The position numbers and the translations under genes were made by a program. Below are positions 32,358 to 41,158 of a stretch of DNA of 64,000 nt, in pieces. This stretch comes from Deltaproteobacteria bacterium (GTDB lineage: Bacteria; Desulfobacterota_D; UBA1144; Nemesobacterales; CSP1-2), in contig JBQTHB010000005.1 of assembly GCA_052390235.1 (NCBI GenBank), positions 320,001 through 384,000 of the forward strand, read 5' to 3'. The notes beneath the pieces were generated by a model that did no database searches, was not told where the DNA came from, and saw only the letters and a list, made by a program, of their open reading frames with translations. Numbering within the stretch: the stretch's first letter is position 1; each line of letters begins with the position of its first letter.

Positions 32358-32716
32358 ACGAAATTCGACTTACAAACTCCGATAATCTCCTGCCGGGCTT
32401 TACTGAAGCTGATGGATTCGATGTTTTTTCTCGTCATGACCAAAACATCGCGAGAGCCGAAGATTGACCGATTAAGCCTAAAAACCTCTCTTATGATTCT
32501 CTTCGCCCGATTCCGCTTAACCGCGCTTTTGGAGCTTTTCTTTCCCACTATCAGCCCAAGACGCGGACAACCAAGCGAATTTTCCCTGTATATTAGAGTG
32601 AAATTGCCCGAGTACAGCCTCGCGCCGCTGTGAAGGGCTTCTTTAAAGTCAGAGCTTTGTCGGATTCTCGATTCGCTGGGGAAAGAAGAGCACTGATGAC
32701 ACTTCACTTCTTCCAA
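32354..32716 (-). CDS. rnpA: Ribonuclease P protein component (start uncertain)
   Basis: [20 protein letters not shown]; synteny with rpmH and yidD. Confidence 0.92.
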   Translation of the reverse strand: MEEVKCHQCSSFPSESRIRQSSDFKEALHSGARLYSGNFTLIYRENSLGCPRLGLIVGKKSSKSAVKRNRAKRIIREVFRLNRSIFGSRDVLVMTRKNIESISFSKARQEIIGVCKSNFV

Positions 32717-32853
32717 CGTTCTACCGTGAGCGAGTGCCTGCCCTTCGCCATGCGCCTCTTAATTGTGCGGACGCCACTTGGAGTGCTCATTCTCTCACGA
32801 AACCCGTGAGTCCTCATTCTTCTCTTAACGTGTCGCTGAAATGTTCTTTTCAT
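32704..32853 (-). CDS. rpmH: 50S ribosomal protein L34 (49 aa, absent from ORF track)
   Basis: Hand translation [49 protein letters not shown]. Confidence 0.97.
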   Translation of the reverse strand: MKRTFQRHVKRRMRTHGFRERMSTPSGVRTIKRRMAKGRHSLTVERWKK

Positions 32854-32871
32854 TTTACTGTCCTTGGCAAC

Positions 32872-32900
32872 AAGCTAACACGAAAAATCTCAAAGGTCAA
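32872..32900 (-). promoter_or_regulatory. Putative promoter of the rpmH operon
   Basis: TTGACC-N17-TAGCTT on the minus strand. Confidence 0.55.
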
Positions 32901-32950
32901 GAATTCATCCTGATATAGCCCGCTGCCGGGATTGGCGACACAATTGATAA

Positions 32951-33622
32951 TCACTCTATTCCCATTCCCGCCTTCATCGCTTCGATTTTTTTATATTCCA
33001 CGGCGGCGGCGCGGGAGCTTTGAGGATTCGTGCATTCGGCGGATATGTCCCCTATCCGGTTCTGCTCGTTATCCACAAACACGATTAGGTCGTTGATTTG
33101 CAAAACCATTCCGTTATTGACGAGCAGGCACTGCCCCGTAGCCCGAAAACTGCGGTTCACCCTTGGCACGAACACCGAGGTTATATCGCACTCCTCATCT
33201 CCGATAACGTCTCCGAATACCGTTGCCGTGCCGACCTGAGGCACGTTGGAGGCGAAAATCGTAACCTCGTCTCCGTCAGAGACTAGCTCGGCGAGAATTC
33301 GATTTCTATCGTCGAAGAAAGATACTGGATTATCCGAGAAATCCACGGTCAGAGGGGGGCTCATGCAGGCTTGAGGCGCGGGAGTTGGCGTTGGAGCGGG
33401 AGTGGGCGCGGCAGTCGCCGTGGGCGTTGGCGTTGCGCCCGGAGCCGGAGTCGGCGTTGGAGCGGGTGTGGGGGTTGCTCCGGGGTCGGGTATCGGGGTG
33501 ATTACGGGTCTTGCCGTGGGCGTGGGGGTAGTCGAGCGGTTTTGTCCGCCGCCGCCGCACCCTCCGATACTTCCGAGCGCGATGAATGCGCCGAGTAAAA
33601 TATAGGCGATGAATTTTTTCAC
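32951..33622 (-). CDS. Putative lipoprotein with Pro/Thr-rich linker and Cys-containing domain
   Basis: Signal ending IGGC-GGGG, (TP)n/APTP repeats, four further Cys; GGGAGAG RBS, GTG start. Confidence 0.75.
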   Translation of the reverse strand: MKKFIAYILLGAFIALGSIGGCGGGGQNRSTTPTPTARPVITPIPDPGATPTPAPTPTPAPGATPTPTATAAPTPAPTPTPAPQACMSPPLTVDFSDNPVSFFDDRNRILAELVSDGDEVTIFASNVPQVGTATVFGDVIGDEECDITSVFVPRVNRSFRATGQCLLVNNGMVLQINDLIVFVDNEQNRIGDISAECTNPQSSRAAAVEYKKIEAMKAGMGIE

Positions 33623-33824
33623 TTTCTGTCTCTCCCCTGCCGGTTTTGTTTAGTGTCTGTCTCTGGTTTGCTTTAGAGATTAGCACAACATTTTAATTGA
33701 TTTCAAGAGCCGATGCCCGTAAGTTTTTATTCCGTGCAGGCGTTCGGCAGGATTAACCAAGCCCATCGCAGGCGGGGTCTAATCCTCAGTGGTTTGCATA
33801 AACTGACGGGAGACGCTATCCACT

Positions 33825-35372
33825 ATGAATAACGCTCATAAAATTGCCGCCGGAATTCTATTCACCGACCAATACCAGCTTACGATGGCTCAGCTTTACT
33901 ACCGAATGGGTCTCCACGAAAAGCCAGCGCGTTTTGACCACTTCTTCCGCGACTACCCCGATTACGGCACTCACAAAGCCGGATACTGCGTCAACGCGGG
34001 CTTGGAATCGCTCCTCGTCAGGATGCGGGGGGCGCATTTTCGCGACGCCGACATTGACTGCCTCAAAAGCCAAAAGAGCCTTGCGGGAAAACCCCTTTTC
34101 CATTCGGATTTTCTCAGGTGGCTTCGGCGCGGCGGCAATTTCGAGGGCATCTCCCTCAGCGCCGTTCCCGAAGGGCGGGTGGTTCACGCTAACGTCCCGA
34201 TAACCGTTGTCGAGGGGGGGATGGCAATGGCTCAGATTCTGGAATCCGCGCTCCTCAATATTCTCAATTACCAGATTCTCATAGCCACCAAAGCCGCCCG
34301 CATCCGCGAGAGCGGCAGAGGACAACTCCTGCTTGAATTCGGACTCCGCAGGGCGAACGACGCCGGAGCTATAGCAGGCACAAGGGCGGCGCTCATAGGC
34401 GGGGCGGATTTTTCATCTAACGTTGGCATCTCGTGCGCCCTCGGATACCCTCCGAAAGGCACTCACGCCCACAGCATGGTTCAGCTTTTCATGGCTCTGG
34501 GCGAGGGCGAACTGGAGGCGTTTCGAGCCTTTGCAGGCGTGTATCCCGACGACTGCCTGCTCTTGGTTGACACCATTAACACCCTCGAAAGCGGAATTCC
34601 AAACGCCATCCGCGTATTCGAGGAACTCAGGCGCAAGGGTCATAAGCCCCTGGGGGTGAGGCTCGATTCTGGAGACCTCGCGCACCTGAGCATTCAGGCA
34701 TCAAAAATGTTGGATGAGGCGGGCTTTCGTGAAACCTCAATTGTGCTGTCCAATAACCTCGACGAGCTTGTCATCTGGCAGATAATCACCCAGATTTATG
34801 AGGAATCCCCCAAGTACGGCGTTGACCCACACCGCCTTGCCGGGAGGCTCGTCTTCGGAGTCGGCACGCGCCTTATTACCTCGCACGGGGAGTCCGCCTT
34901 GGGAGGGGTGTACAAGCTCGTCGCCGTGAAAGACGGGCAAGGCTGGACGCCGACGATAAAGATTTCTGAGTCCTTGAGCAAGACTCCGAACCCCGGCACA
35001 AAAGCCGTATGGCGGATATACGACGCGAGGGGCAGAGCCACGTCCGACCTCGTGGGGTTAGCCGGCGAAGACCCCGCCGCGTTGGATGAGATAACCCTTC
35101 ATCATGCCTCGGATCACACAAAATATCGGACATTGAGCAAGAGGGAAATCTCGCAGGTTGAGCCGCTTCTCGCCGAAGTTCTCAGAGAGGGGAAATTGGT
35201 CTATGAGCTTCCTTCGATTGAGCAAATGAGGGAGCGGCGCAAGGCCGATGTAGAGCGGATGGATACTGGGGTCAAGCGAATCATGAATCCTCATATATAT
35301 CACGTCTCGCTCACGGAAACACTCTGGGATATGAAGCTGAATCTGATTCGTTCTGTGAGGAAATCGGGCTAG
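33825..35372 (+). CDS. pncB: Nicotinate phosphoribosyltransferase
   Basis: [36 protein letters not shown]. Confidence 0.93.
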   Translation: MNNAHKIAAGILFTDQYQLTMAQLYYRMGLHEKPARFDHFFRDYPDYGTHKAGYCVNAGLESLLVRMRGAHFRDADIDCLKSQKSLAGKPLFHSDFLRWLRRGGNFEGISLSAVPEGRVVHANVPITVVEGGMAMAQILESALLNILNYQILIATKAARIRESGRGQLLLEFGLRRANDAGAIAGTRAALIGGADFSSNVGISCALGYPPKGTHAHSMVQLFMALGEGELEAFRAFAGVYPDDCLLLVDTINTLESGIPNAIRVFEELRRKGHKPLGVRLDSGDLAHLSIQASKMLDEAGFRETSIVLSNNLDELVIWQIITQIYEESPKYGVDPHRLAGRLVFGVGTRLITSHGESALGGVYKLVAVKDGQGWTPTIKISESLSKTPNPGTKAVWRIYDARGRATSDLVGLAGEDPAALDEITLHHASDHTKYRTLSKREISQVEPLLAEVLREGKLVYELPSIEQMRERRKADVERMDTGVKRIMNPHIYHVSLTETLWDMKLNLIRSVRKSG

Positions 35373-35394
35373 AAGAGGGGGGGCGGTACGGCAA

Positions 35395-36258
35395 GTGCTT
35401 AAATTTATTCCACTGCTAGCGCTGACGGCGGCGGCTCTCGCCTATCGGGAATCCTTCGCGGGCTGGGTTTTGATGTGCGTCATCGGGTTTTCGGTGTATC
35501 TGGGATGCAAGTGGCTCACGTGGCGAAGGGCGCTCGAACGGGGGCTGACCCCTCCCCCAGGACGCTCGCTCGCATACCTAGCGGGCTGGATAGGGATGGA
35601 CGCCGAGGGATTTCTCGATAGCCGCGCCAATGTGCCGAAGCCTCTGCCTGCGGAGTGGATTGCGGCATCGGGAAAAACGCTCGCCGGAGGGCTTCTGCTC
35701 TGGATTATTGCTCCCATGATTCCCACGGATGAGAGGCTGATAGTCGGCTGGACGGGGTCTGCCGGACTGCTCTTGCTTACCTTTTTCGGGGCGTTTCACC
35801 TCAACGCCCTCCTCTGGAGGTATTTCGGAGTGAACGCGCGGCACATTATGCGCTCCCCTCTCCTGGCGCGCTCGCTTGCCGAGTTCTGGGGCGAGAGGTG
35901 GAATCTCGCCGTTCACGGATTGCTGTCGAATTTTGTATTCCGCCCTGTTGCGCGCTGGTTTGGGGTGAATCCGGCGGTTTTCGCCTCTTTTTTAGTGTCT
36001 GGCTTTGCCCACGAACTCATCACCTCGATTCCGGCTCGCGGGGGGTACGGGATGCCGACCCTATATTTCCTCATTCAATTCGTTGGGATGTTTTTCGAGC
36101 GTTCGGAGGTTGGAGGCAGACTCGGCTTGGGCAGGGGCGGCGCGCGGGGGAGAATTTATACGGCTGTTTTTACCGCTTCTCCGGTGTTTCTGCTATTTCA
36201 TCCGTGCTTTGCCGTGGACGTAGTGGTTCCGCTCATGATGAAAATTCGGGCTATTTAG
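35395..36258 (+). CDS. MBOAT / wax-synthase-like membrane O-acyltransferase
   Basis: PLLARSLAEFWGERWN, FLVSGFAHE, multiple TM segments. Confidence 0.85.
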   Translation: MLKFIPLLALTAAALAYRESFAGWVLMCVIGFSVYLGCKWLTWRRALERGLTPPPGRSLAYLAGWIGMDAEGFLDSRANVPKPLPAEWIAASGKTLAGGLLLWIIAPMIPTDERLIVGWTGSAGLLLLTFFGAFHLNALLWRYFGVNARHIMRSPLLARSLAEFWGERWNLAVHGLLSNFVFRPVARWFGVNPAVFASFLVSGFAHELITSIPARGGYGMPTLYFLIQFVGMFFERSEVGGRLGLGRGGARGRIYTAVFTASPVFLLFHPCFAVDVVVPLMMKIRAI

Positions 36259-36457
36259 GCGCACAATTGAATTTCGGGATGGCTTGCATCTGCGTGGGGG
36301 TATTCTGCTCCGTGGATGATGAAACCTGCGCATATCTCGAATTAATTTCATTTTCTGTTAACCGCCGATGAAGTTTCGCTTAAGAGAGCTTTAACGCGAG
36401 CGGAGCGCCCCTCGGTTCTCTTGCAAATTCAATGCCTCAAGCTACACTAAAGGCATA

Positions 36458-37423
36458 ATGATTGAGTACAATGAGGGGATTCGTCTAAGCGGGACTGACA
36501 TTTGGTTCGATTCAAAAAAGTCGTCCCCGTTTACTTTCCTCTCAAACGCGGATGCGAGCCGATACGTGCATCATGAAAAAGTCGTAGCCACCCCGCAGAC
36601 GATAAAACTCGCCGAAAAGAGCCTGAAAAATTCTGTCGCGCTCCCCTGCCCGTTCAATCACCCCTTTACGCTCGGCAGGATGCAGGTCGAACTCATACCG
36701 GCGGGCTACGTTCTCGGCTCCTGTCAAACGGTCATCAATATTGACGGAAAAAGAATCATCTACACCGGCGACTTCAAGCTCCGTGCCAGCGAAACCGCAG
36801 AGTCTGCCGAGGTGAGGCGATGCGACCTGCTCGTGATGAAATGCACTTACGGCATCCCGAAATATGTTTTCCCCTCTCCTCAGACTGTGATTGAGGCTAT
36901 AGTTGACTTTATAGACGGCGCTCTTGCAACGGGAACTACGCCTATTTTACTTGTGGATGTGCTGGGGAAATCGCAGGATATTGTGAAGGTTTTAGGCGAT
37001 TCGGGATATAAATTGAGCCTCCACCAATCCATTTACAAGAGCGTCAAGATTTATGAGGAGTTCGGGGTTACCTTCTCGAATTACGAGAGATTTAAGCCCT
37101 CGGCTCTCGACGGGAAGGTGCTATTAGCCCCCGTTTATATACGAGGTTCGGAGGTCATAGAGCGAATAGAGCGCAAAAAAATCGGGGTCGTAATGGGCTG
37201 GGCTGTAGATAGAGGCTTCGTTAAATCCGTCTTCTCTGCCGATGAGGGATTCCCAATAAGCAACCACGCGGGCTACGACGAGCTTCTCGAATTCGTGGAA
37301 ATTGTAAAGCCTGAAGAGATTTATCTTATTCAAGGGTTTACCGCAGAATTTGCGAGAACCCTCCAAAAGAGGGGTTTTAAGGCAAAGCCCCTTGAGACCC
37401 CGTCTCAGCTGAAACTGCTCTAG
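36458..37423 (+). CDS. MBL-fold / beta-CASP exonuclease-like protein, metal ligands degenerate
   Basis: PAGYVLGS, YTGDF, CTYG.P.YVFP, GKSQ, SNHAGYDEL layout; HxHxDH absent. Confidence 0.75.
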   Translation: MIEYNEGIRLSGTDIWFDSKKSSPFTFLSNADASRYVHHEKVVATPQTIKLAEKSLKNSVALPCPFNHPFTLGRMQVELIPAGYVLGSCQTVINIDGKRIIYTGDFKLRASETAESAEVRRCDLLVMKCTYGIPKYVFPSPQTVIEAIVDFIDGALATGTTPILLVDVLGKSQDIVKVLGDSGYKLSLHQSIYKSVKIYEEFGVTFSNYERFKPSALDGKVLLAPVYIRGSEVIERIERKKIGVVMGWAVDRGFVKSVFSADEGFPISNHAGYDELLEFVEIVKPEEIYLIQGFTAEFARTLQKRGFKAKPLETPSQLKLL

Positions 37424-37431
37424 GGTGAGCG

Positions 37432-37851
37432 ATGACCGTCAAGACCGCCAAATTCAGCGTTGAAACCAATGGATTCACGGATTTGATTGATATAACCCGC
37501 AGGGTCGAGTCGGAGGTCGGGAAGTCCCGAATCCAGTCTGGCATCGCCTGTGTTTTTGTCCCCGGCTCTACCGCAGGGGTTACGACGATTGAGTTCGAGA
37601 GCGGCGCAATAGCCGATTTCAAGAAAGCCGCCGAGAGGCTCGCCCCTCAGAATATCCCCTATGAACACGACACGAGGTGGCGCGATGGGAACGGATTCTC
37701 GCACGTCCGGGCGGCTCTGCTCGGAGCGTCTCTCAGCGTCCCCTTTGCCGAATCGCGCCTTCTGATTGGAGTCTGGCAGCAGATTATCCTCGTGGATTTC
37801 GACAACAGACCCCGCACAAGGGAAGTGATTGTTCAAATTACGGGCGAGTAG
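37432..37851 (+). CDS. yjbQ: YjbQ/UPF0047 family protein
   Basis: DITRRV, GSTAGVTTIE, NGFSHVRAALLG, GVWQQI..DFD. Confidence 0.9.
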   Translation: MTVKTAKFSVETNGFTDLIDITRRVESEVGKSRIQSGIACVFVPGSTAGVTTIEFESGAIADFKKAAERLAPQNIPYEHDTRWRDGNGFSHVRAALLGASLSVPFAESRLLIGVWQQIILVDFDNRPRTREVIVQITGE

Positions 37852-37887
37852 CGAGGTTGCCCATTCGTCCGCATCGCGCCCTTCTGG

Positions 37888-38418
37888 TTAAATTGTCTCG
37901 TCGGTTCCGCCGCTTCGCTTTTTCATTATTGCGTTAAATTCTGAAATCATATAACTCACCGCGCTTGAAGCCCAGTCGAGGGTGAAGCGGTTGACCTGAA
38001 ACTGCCCGTCCAGTAGTGGGAAAGCCACGCCGACCCTGCTTGATTTATTGATGATTTCATCCATTAAATTGAAATTGGCAAAGGTGTAGCTGAATTTCCC
38101 GGATATGCGCTTGCCGTTGCAGAGCATCTCAAGGCTTCTAGCAGTGAAATTGGAGTTGGCAAGGACTGGGTATCGGAGGTCTTTGTTTTCCTCGCAGCTG
38201 TTGTTGTTGACGAGCACCCAGTAGCATAGGTTGCTGTCGTAGTAGCAGTATTGTCCGAGTATTGCGCCGCTTGAGTTGGTTTGCGCCGCGTACATCCCCT
38301 TGTTGTCCTCGATAGTCCCCACGAACCAAGAACCCCCGAAACTCTTCTCCTGTGCCTGCGCCGCGACGCCGAGGAAAACGGCAACTGCGAGGCAGATACC
38401 CTGTATTAAATGTGCCAT
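37888..38418 (-). CDS. Hypothetical exported protein
   Basis: Signal peptide (AQA), GGAGG RBS, four Cys in the mature region. Confidence 0.7.
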   Translation of the reverse strand: MAHLIQGICLAVAVFLGVAAQAQEKSFGGSWFVGTIEDNKGMYAAQTNSSGAILGQYCYYDSNLCYWVLVNNNSCEENKDLRYPVLANSNFTARSLEMLCNGKRISGKFSYTFANFNLMDEIINKSSRVGVAFPLLDGQFQVNRFTLDWASSAVSYMISEFNAIMKKRSGGTDETI

Positions 38419-38613
38419 GATGACCTCCTAAGAAAGCAGATTTGCATTCAACCGACGTACCGCGCCGAGTTGTTAATTATAATCCTAAAACAAATGGATT
38501 TTCACGTCAATTTGTGGATGAAAAAAATACCGCCGCCCGCTTTTTCATTGCTGTGGGCTGGCGGCAGGGGCTCCGGAGGGAAGGGCTACCTTCCCTCCGC
38601 GCGGAGGAGCGGA

Positions 38614-39273
38614 TTAGACGAATTTCACTGAGAAGTGCTGGGGCTTATAGCGGATATTTAAATTGACGATGAGCGGGGTTATCGCCTCAATCATGCCCGA
38701 GGCTTCAAGCGCTCCGGCGTCCAGAACGCGCAGGTTGAGCATCTGTTCGGTGAGCATTTTCACCACGGCTTTCGCCTCGTCGTTGTCCCCGCAAATTACG
38801 ACGTCATAGTCGAGGGCTTGGTCAATTTGGCTCAGTTCCTTAGCCGGCAGGTTGTGATACGCCGAAACGAGTCTCGCCGTCTCAGGGAGGGCTGATTTAA
38901 TCTGAAGCGCGGACGACCCCTCGGCGGGCGGCGCGTAGGTAAAGGTTTTCCCCTTTTTAACCATGGACACGACCGGCGTTACGACGATTTGGTCTGTGAA
39001 GCTGTCTTTGATTTGGGCAATTGTCGGCGCGGCGTGTTCAGGCGGGATGCTGATGATAACTACCTCGGCGGCGCGGGCGGCGTCGGCGTTGGATGAGCCG
39101 TGTATATTCGACGGCACTCCGAGGGTTTCGAGTTTCTGAATATATTCGGCGGCGATGGTTTTAGCTTTTTCGTCGCTTCTTGAGCCGATAAATATCTCAT
39201 GCCCCACCTTAGACCATCTGAGGACGAGTCCCTCGGCAATGTCTCCGGTTCCACCTAAAAGAGCGATTTTCAT
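38614..39273 (-). CDS. npdG: NADPH-dependent F420 reductase (F420H2:NADP+ oxidoreductase family)
   Basis: IALLGGTG, IGSRS..KA, GSSA, SAYHNLPA, DVVICGD, DAGAL..S..IEAITPL. Confidence 0.85.
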   Translation of the reverse strand: MKIALLGGTGDIAEGLVLRWSKVGHEIFIGSRSDEKAKTIAAEYIQKLETLGVPSNIHGSSNADAARAAEVVIISIPPEHAAPTIAQIKDSFTDQIVVTPVVSMVKKGKTFTYAPPAEGSSALQIKSALPETARLVSAYHNLPAKELSQIDQALDYDVVICGDNDEAKAVVKMLTEQMLNLRVLDAGALEASGMIEAITPLIVNLNIRYKPQHFSVKFV

Positions 39274-39409
39274 AGTTTTCTATCTCCTCTGCTTGCGGTT
39301 TTAAATTTCCGTTTATTTTAACAAAGAATTGAAATTATATGAAGGGCAATACCGGACGGGAGGTTATGTTGCCGCCACTCCCCATTCATGCCATCGTAGG
39401 GAAGAGATA

Positions 39410-39865
39410 TTAAAACCTCTGCTTAATAAAAATGAACGAGCCGAGGGGGATGAAAATACTCTCCTTCTTGGAGAAATCCGAAAACAGTTTTTCCGGCTCT
39501 TTCTTGCGCTCTTCGATGAGAAAAAGCAGAGAATTGTCGGATTCGCCCGTGTTTAGATTAAGCGGAGCGATGAGCTCCTCCCGGTTTATCGAGGTGGAAA
39601 GCTCCTGTGCGGCTCGGTCTGCGCCGAGAGTGGGGTCGGACTTCAATAGGCGATTGAGCTTGGAATTGGCGTAGTATAGGTTGAGCATGAAGTCTATGGG
39701 CATTTTTTTGTCGCTCAGGCTCAGTTCTAGGGGGAGAAGCCGAATTTCGCTCTGCTGCGTGGCGTTTGTGTGTGTGCGCTTGGGTAAATTGCTCTCTGCG
39801 CCCACAGCATTTTCGCCGAATGCCAAGCCGGAGATGATAAATATCAGAGCCAATTTCTGCATCAT
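39410..39865 (-). CDS. Hypothetical exported protein
   Basis: GGGAGG RBS before MMQKLALIF signal-like N-terminus; C-terminal Phe. Confidence 0.6.
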   Translation of the reverse strand: MMQKLALIFIISGLAFGENAVGAESNLPKRTHTNATQQSEIRLLPLELSLSDKKMPIDFMLNLYYANSKLNRLLKSDPTLGADRAAQELSTSINREELIAPLNLNTGESDNSLLFLIEERKKEPEKLFSDFSKKESIFIPLGSFIFIKQRF

Positions 39866-40081
39866 GGAATTCCCCTCCCGCCGTCGGTATTCGAGAGCCG
39901 GCACCCTCCCGATGATATTGATATTGATGCTGGAGCGCGAGAAAAAGGGACTCTTTTGCCTCACCCACCCCCGCATATTATACAATGATTTATACTAATT
40001 TATACTGATTTATGCTATTTGCATACGCTCGCAGCGATGTAATTGCTCTATCTCTTTGGCGCGCATCGCCGCGGCGCTGGC

Positions 40082-40846
40082 TCAGAGCGACTCCAGAAAC
40101 TCGGCGAGGATTCCGTTGAACTCTTCGGGCGCTTCCTGCATCATAAAATGCCCGGCGTTCTCGATAATAGAGAGTGTAGAGCCGGCGATTTTGCGATGCA
40201 GGTACTCCCCGTATTTTGCCGGAGTGAGCAGGTCTTCCCCGCCTGAGATGATAAGCGCGCGGGTAGAAATCCTATCCACTTCTGCTGTGATGTCGAATTC
40301 GTCGCAGGCAACGAGGTCATGATAGCAGACCTTCTGCCCGATGCCAATGAGGCCCTCGGTGAATTTCGCCTTCAACTCCTCGCAGGCCGAAGGGGCAAAC
40401 GCCCTGTTCGGGGCGACTTGGCAAAACCTCTCGTAGTCGTTTTCGACAATCGAGAGGGTCTCTTTGGCTACGGTCAATTTTGCCCCCGTGCCGACGAGAA
40501 TAATGGCGCGGACGGCTTCGGGATACCGAAGCGCGTAGAGGCTTGCTATCGCTCCGCCCATCGAATGCCCCACTAAAACGAGCTTTTCGAGACCTAGGGC
40601 ATCCGCAAAAGCCTTGAGAAAATCCCGATATTTGGCGACACTTCCGAGTCCCTCGCCGCCGGATGCGCAATGTCCCGGAAGGTCGGGGACGATAGAGCTA
40701 TATTTTTGGATAATGTCCTCTTGGAATCTCCACGTGAGGGCGCTTTGCCCTGCCCCGTGAATGAATAAAACCGCCGGGCGAGAGCCGTCAAAATTCGCCG
40801 AAATGCCGTAGCCGATGGAATCCCCATTTACCGAGATATGAGCCAT
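40082..40846 (-). CDS. Alpha/beta hydrolase
   Basis: HGAG, DLPGH, GHSMGG, D..TP, AGH. Confidence 0.92.
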   Translation of the reverse strand: MAHISVNGDSIGYGISANFDGSRPAVLFIHGAGQSALTWRFQEDIIQKYSSIVPDLPGHCASGGEGLGSVAKYRDFLKAFADALGLEKLVLVGHSMGGAIASLYALRYPEAVRAIILVGTGAKLTVAKETLSIVENDYERFCQVAPNRAFAPSACEELKAKFTEGLIGIGQKVCYHDLVACDEFDITAEVDRISTRALIISGGEDLLTPAKYGEYLHRKIAGSTLSIIENAGHFMMQEAPEEFNGILAEFLESL

Positions 40847-41029
40847 ATCCGAGCCTCCTTCGAGCTTGCGATATTAAACCCGGTGAGCGTAAATTTCACC
40901 TTGAATTTGGCAAAGAATATAGTAGGCTAATAGCAATTAATCAAATCTGAAAACAAATTGCACTTGGTAAATGTTGCTAACATCGTGTTTTTCCGAGAGC
41001 CGTTTTTATTAAGCCCAGAGGAAATTTCC

Positions 41030-41158
41030 ATGAGCGAGCCAGCGGTCAAAAAAAGATTCCCAGTCTCACCCCTCTACGGAGACCCGCGGGGGGATCAGGG
41101 GTTTTGGGGCGGTGGCATGAAGCCCTGGGAGATTGGACAAATGGGGTGGAGCAGATGA
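41030..41158 (+). CDS. 42-aa small ORF coupled to hemA
   Basis: AGAGG RBS; TGA overlaps the hemA ATGATG. Confidence 0.45.
   Translation: MSEPAVKKRFPVSPLYGDPRGDQGFWGGGMKPWEIGQMGWSR

Noticed and set aside
32854..32950. oriC upstream of rpmH
   Set aside because: Gap is only ~100 bp; no DnaA-box cluster and no dnaA
33370..33535. Tandem-like repeats as a possible CRISPR array or VNTR
   Set aside because: Degenerate codons for a Pro/Thr linker inside a CDS; no repeat-spacer structure and no cas genes
38574..38599. Perfect 11-bp hairpin CGGAGGGAAGG-GCTA-CCTTCCCTCCG
   Set aside because: Single copy just after the npdG stop; most simply a terminator or stability hairpin
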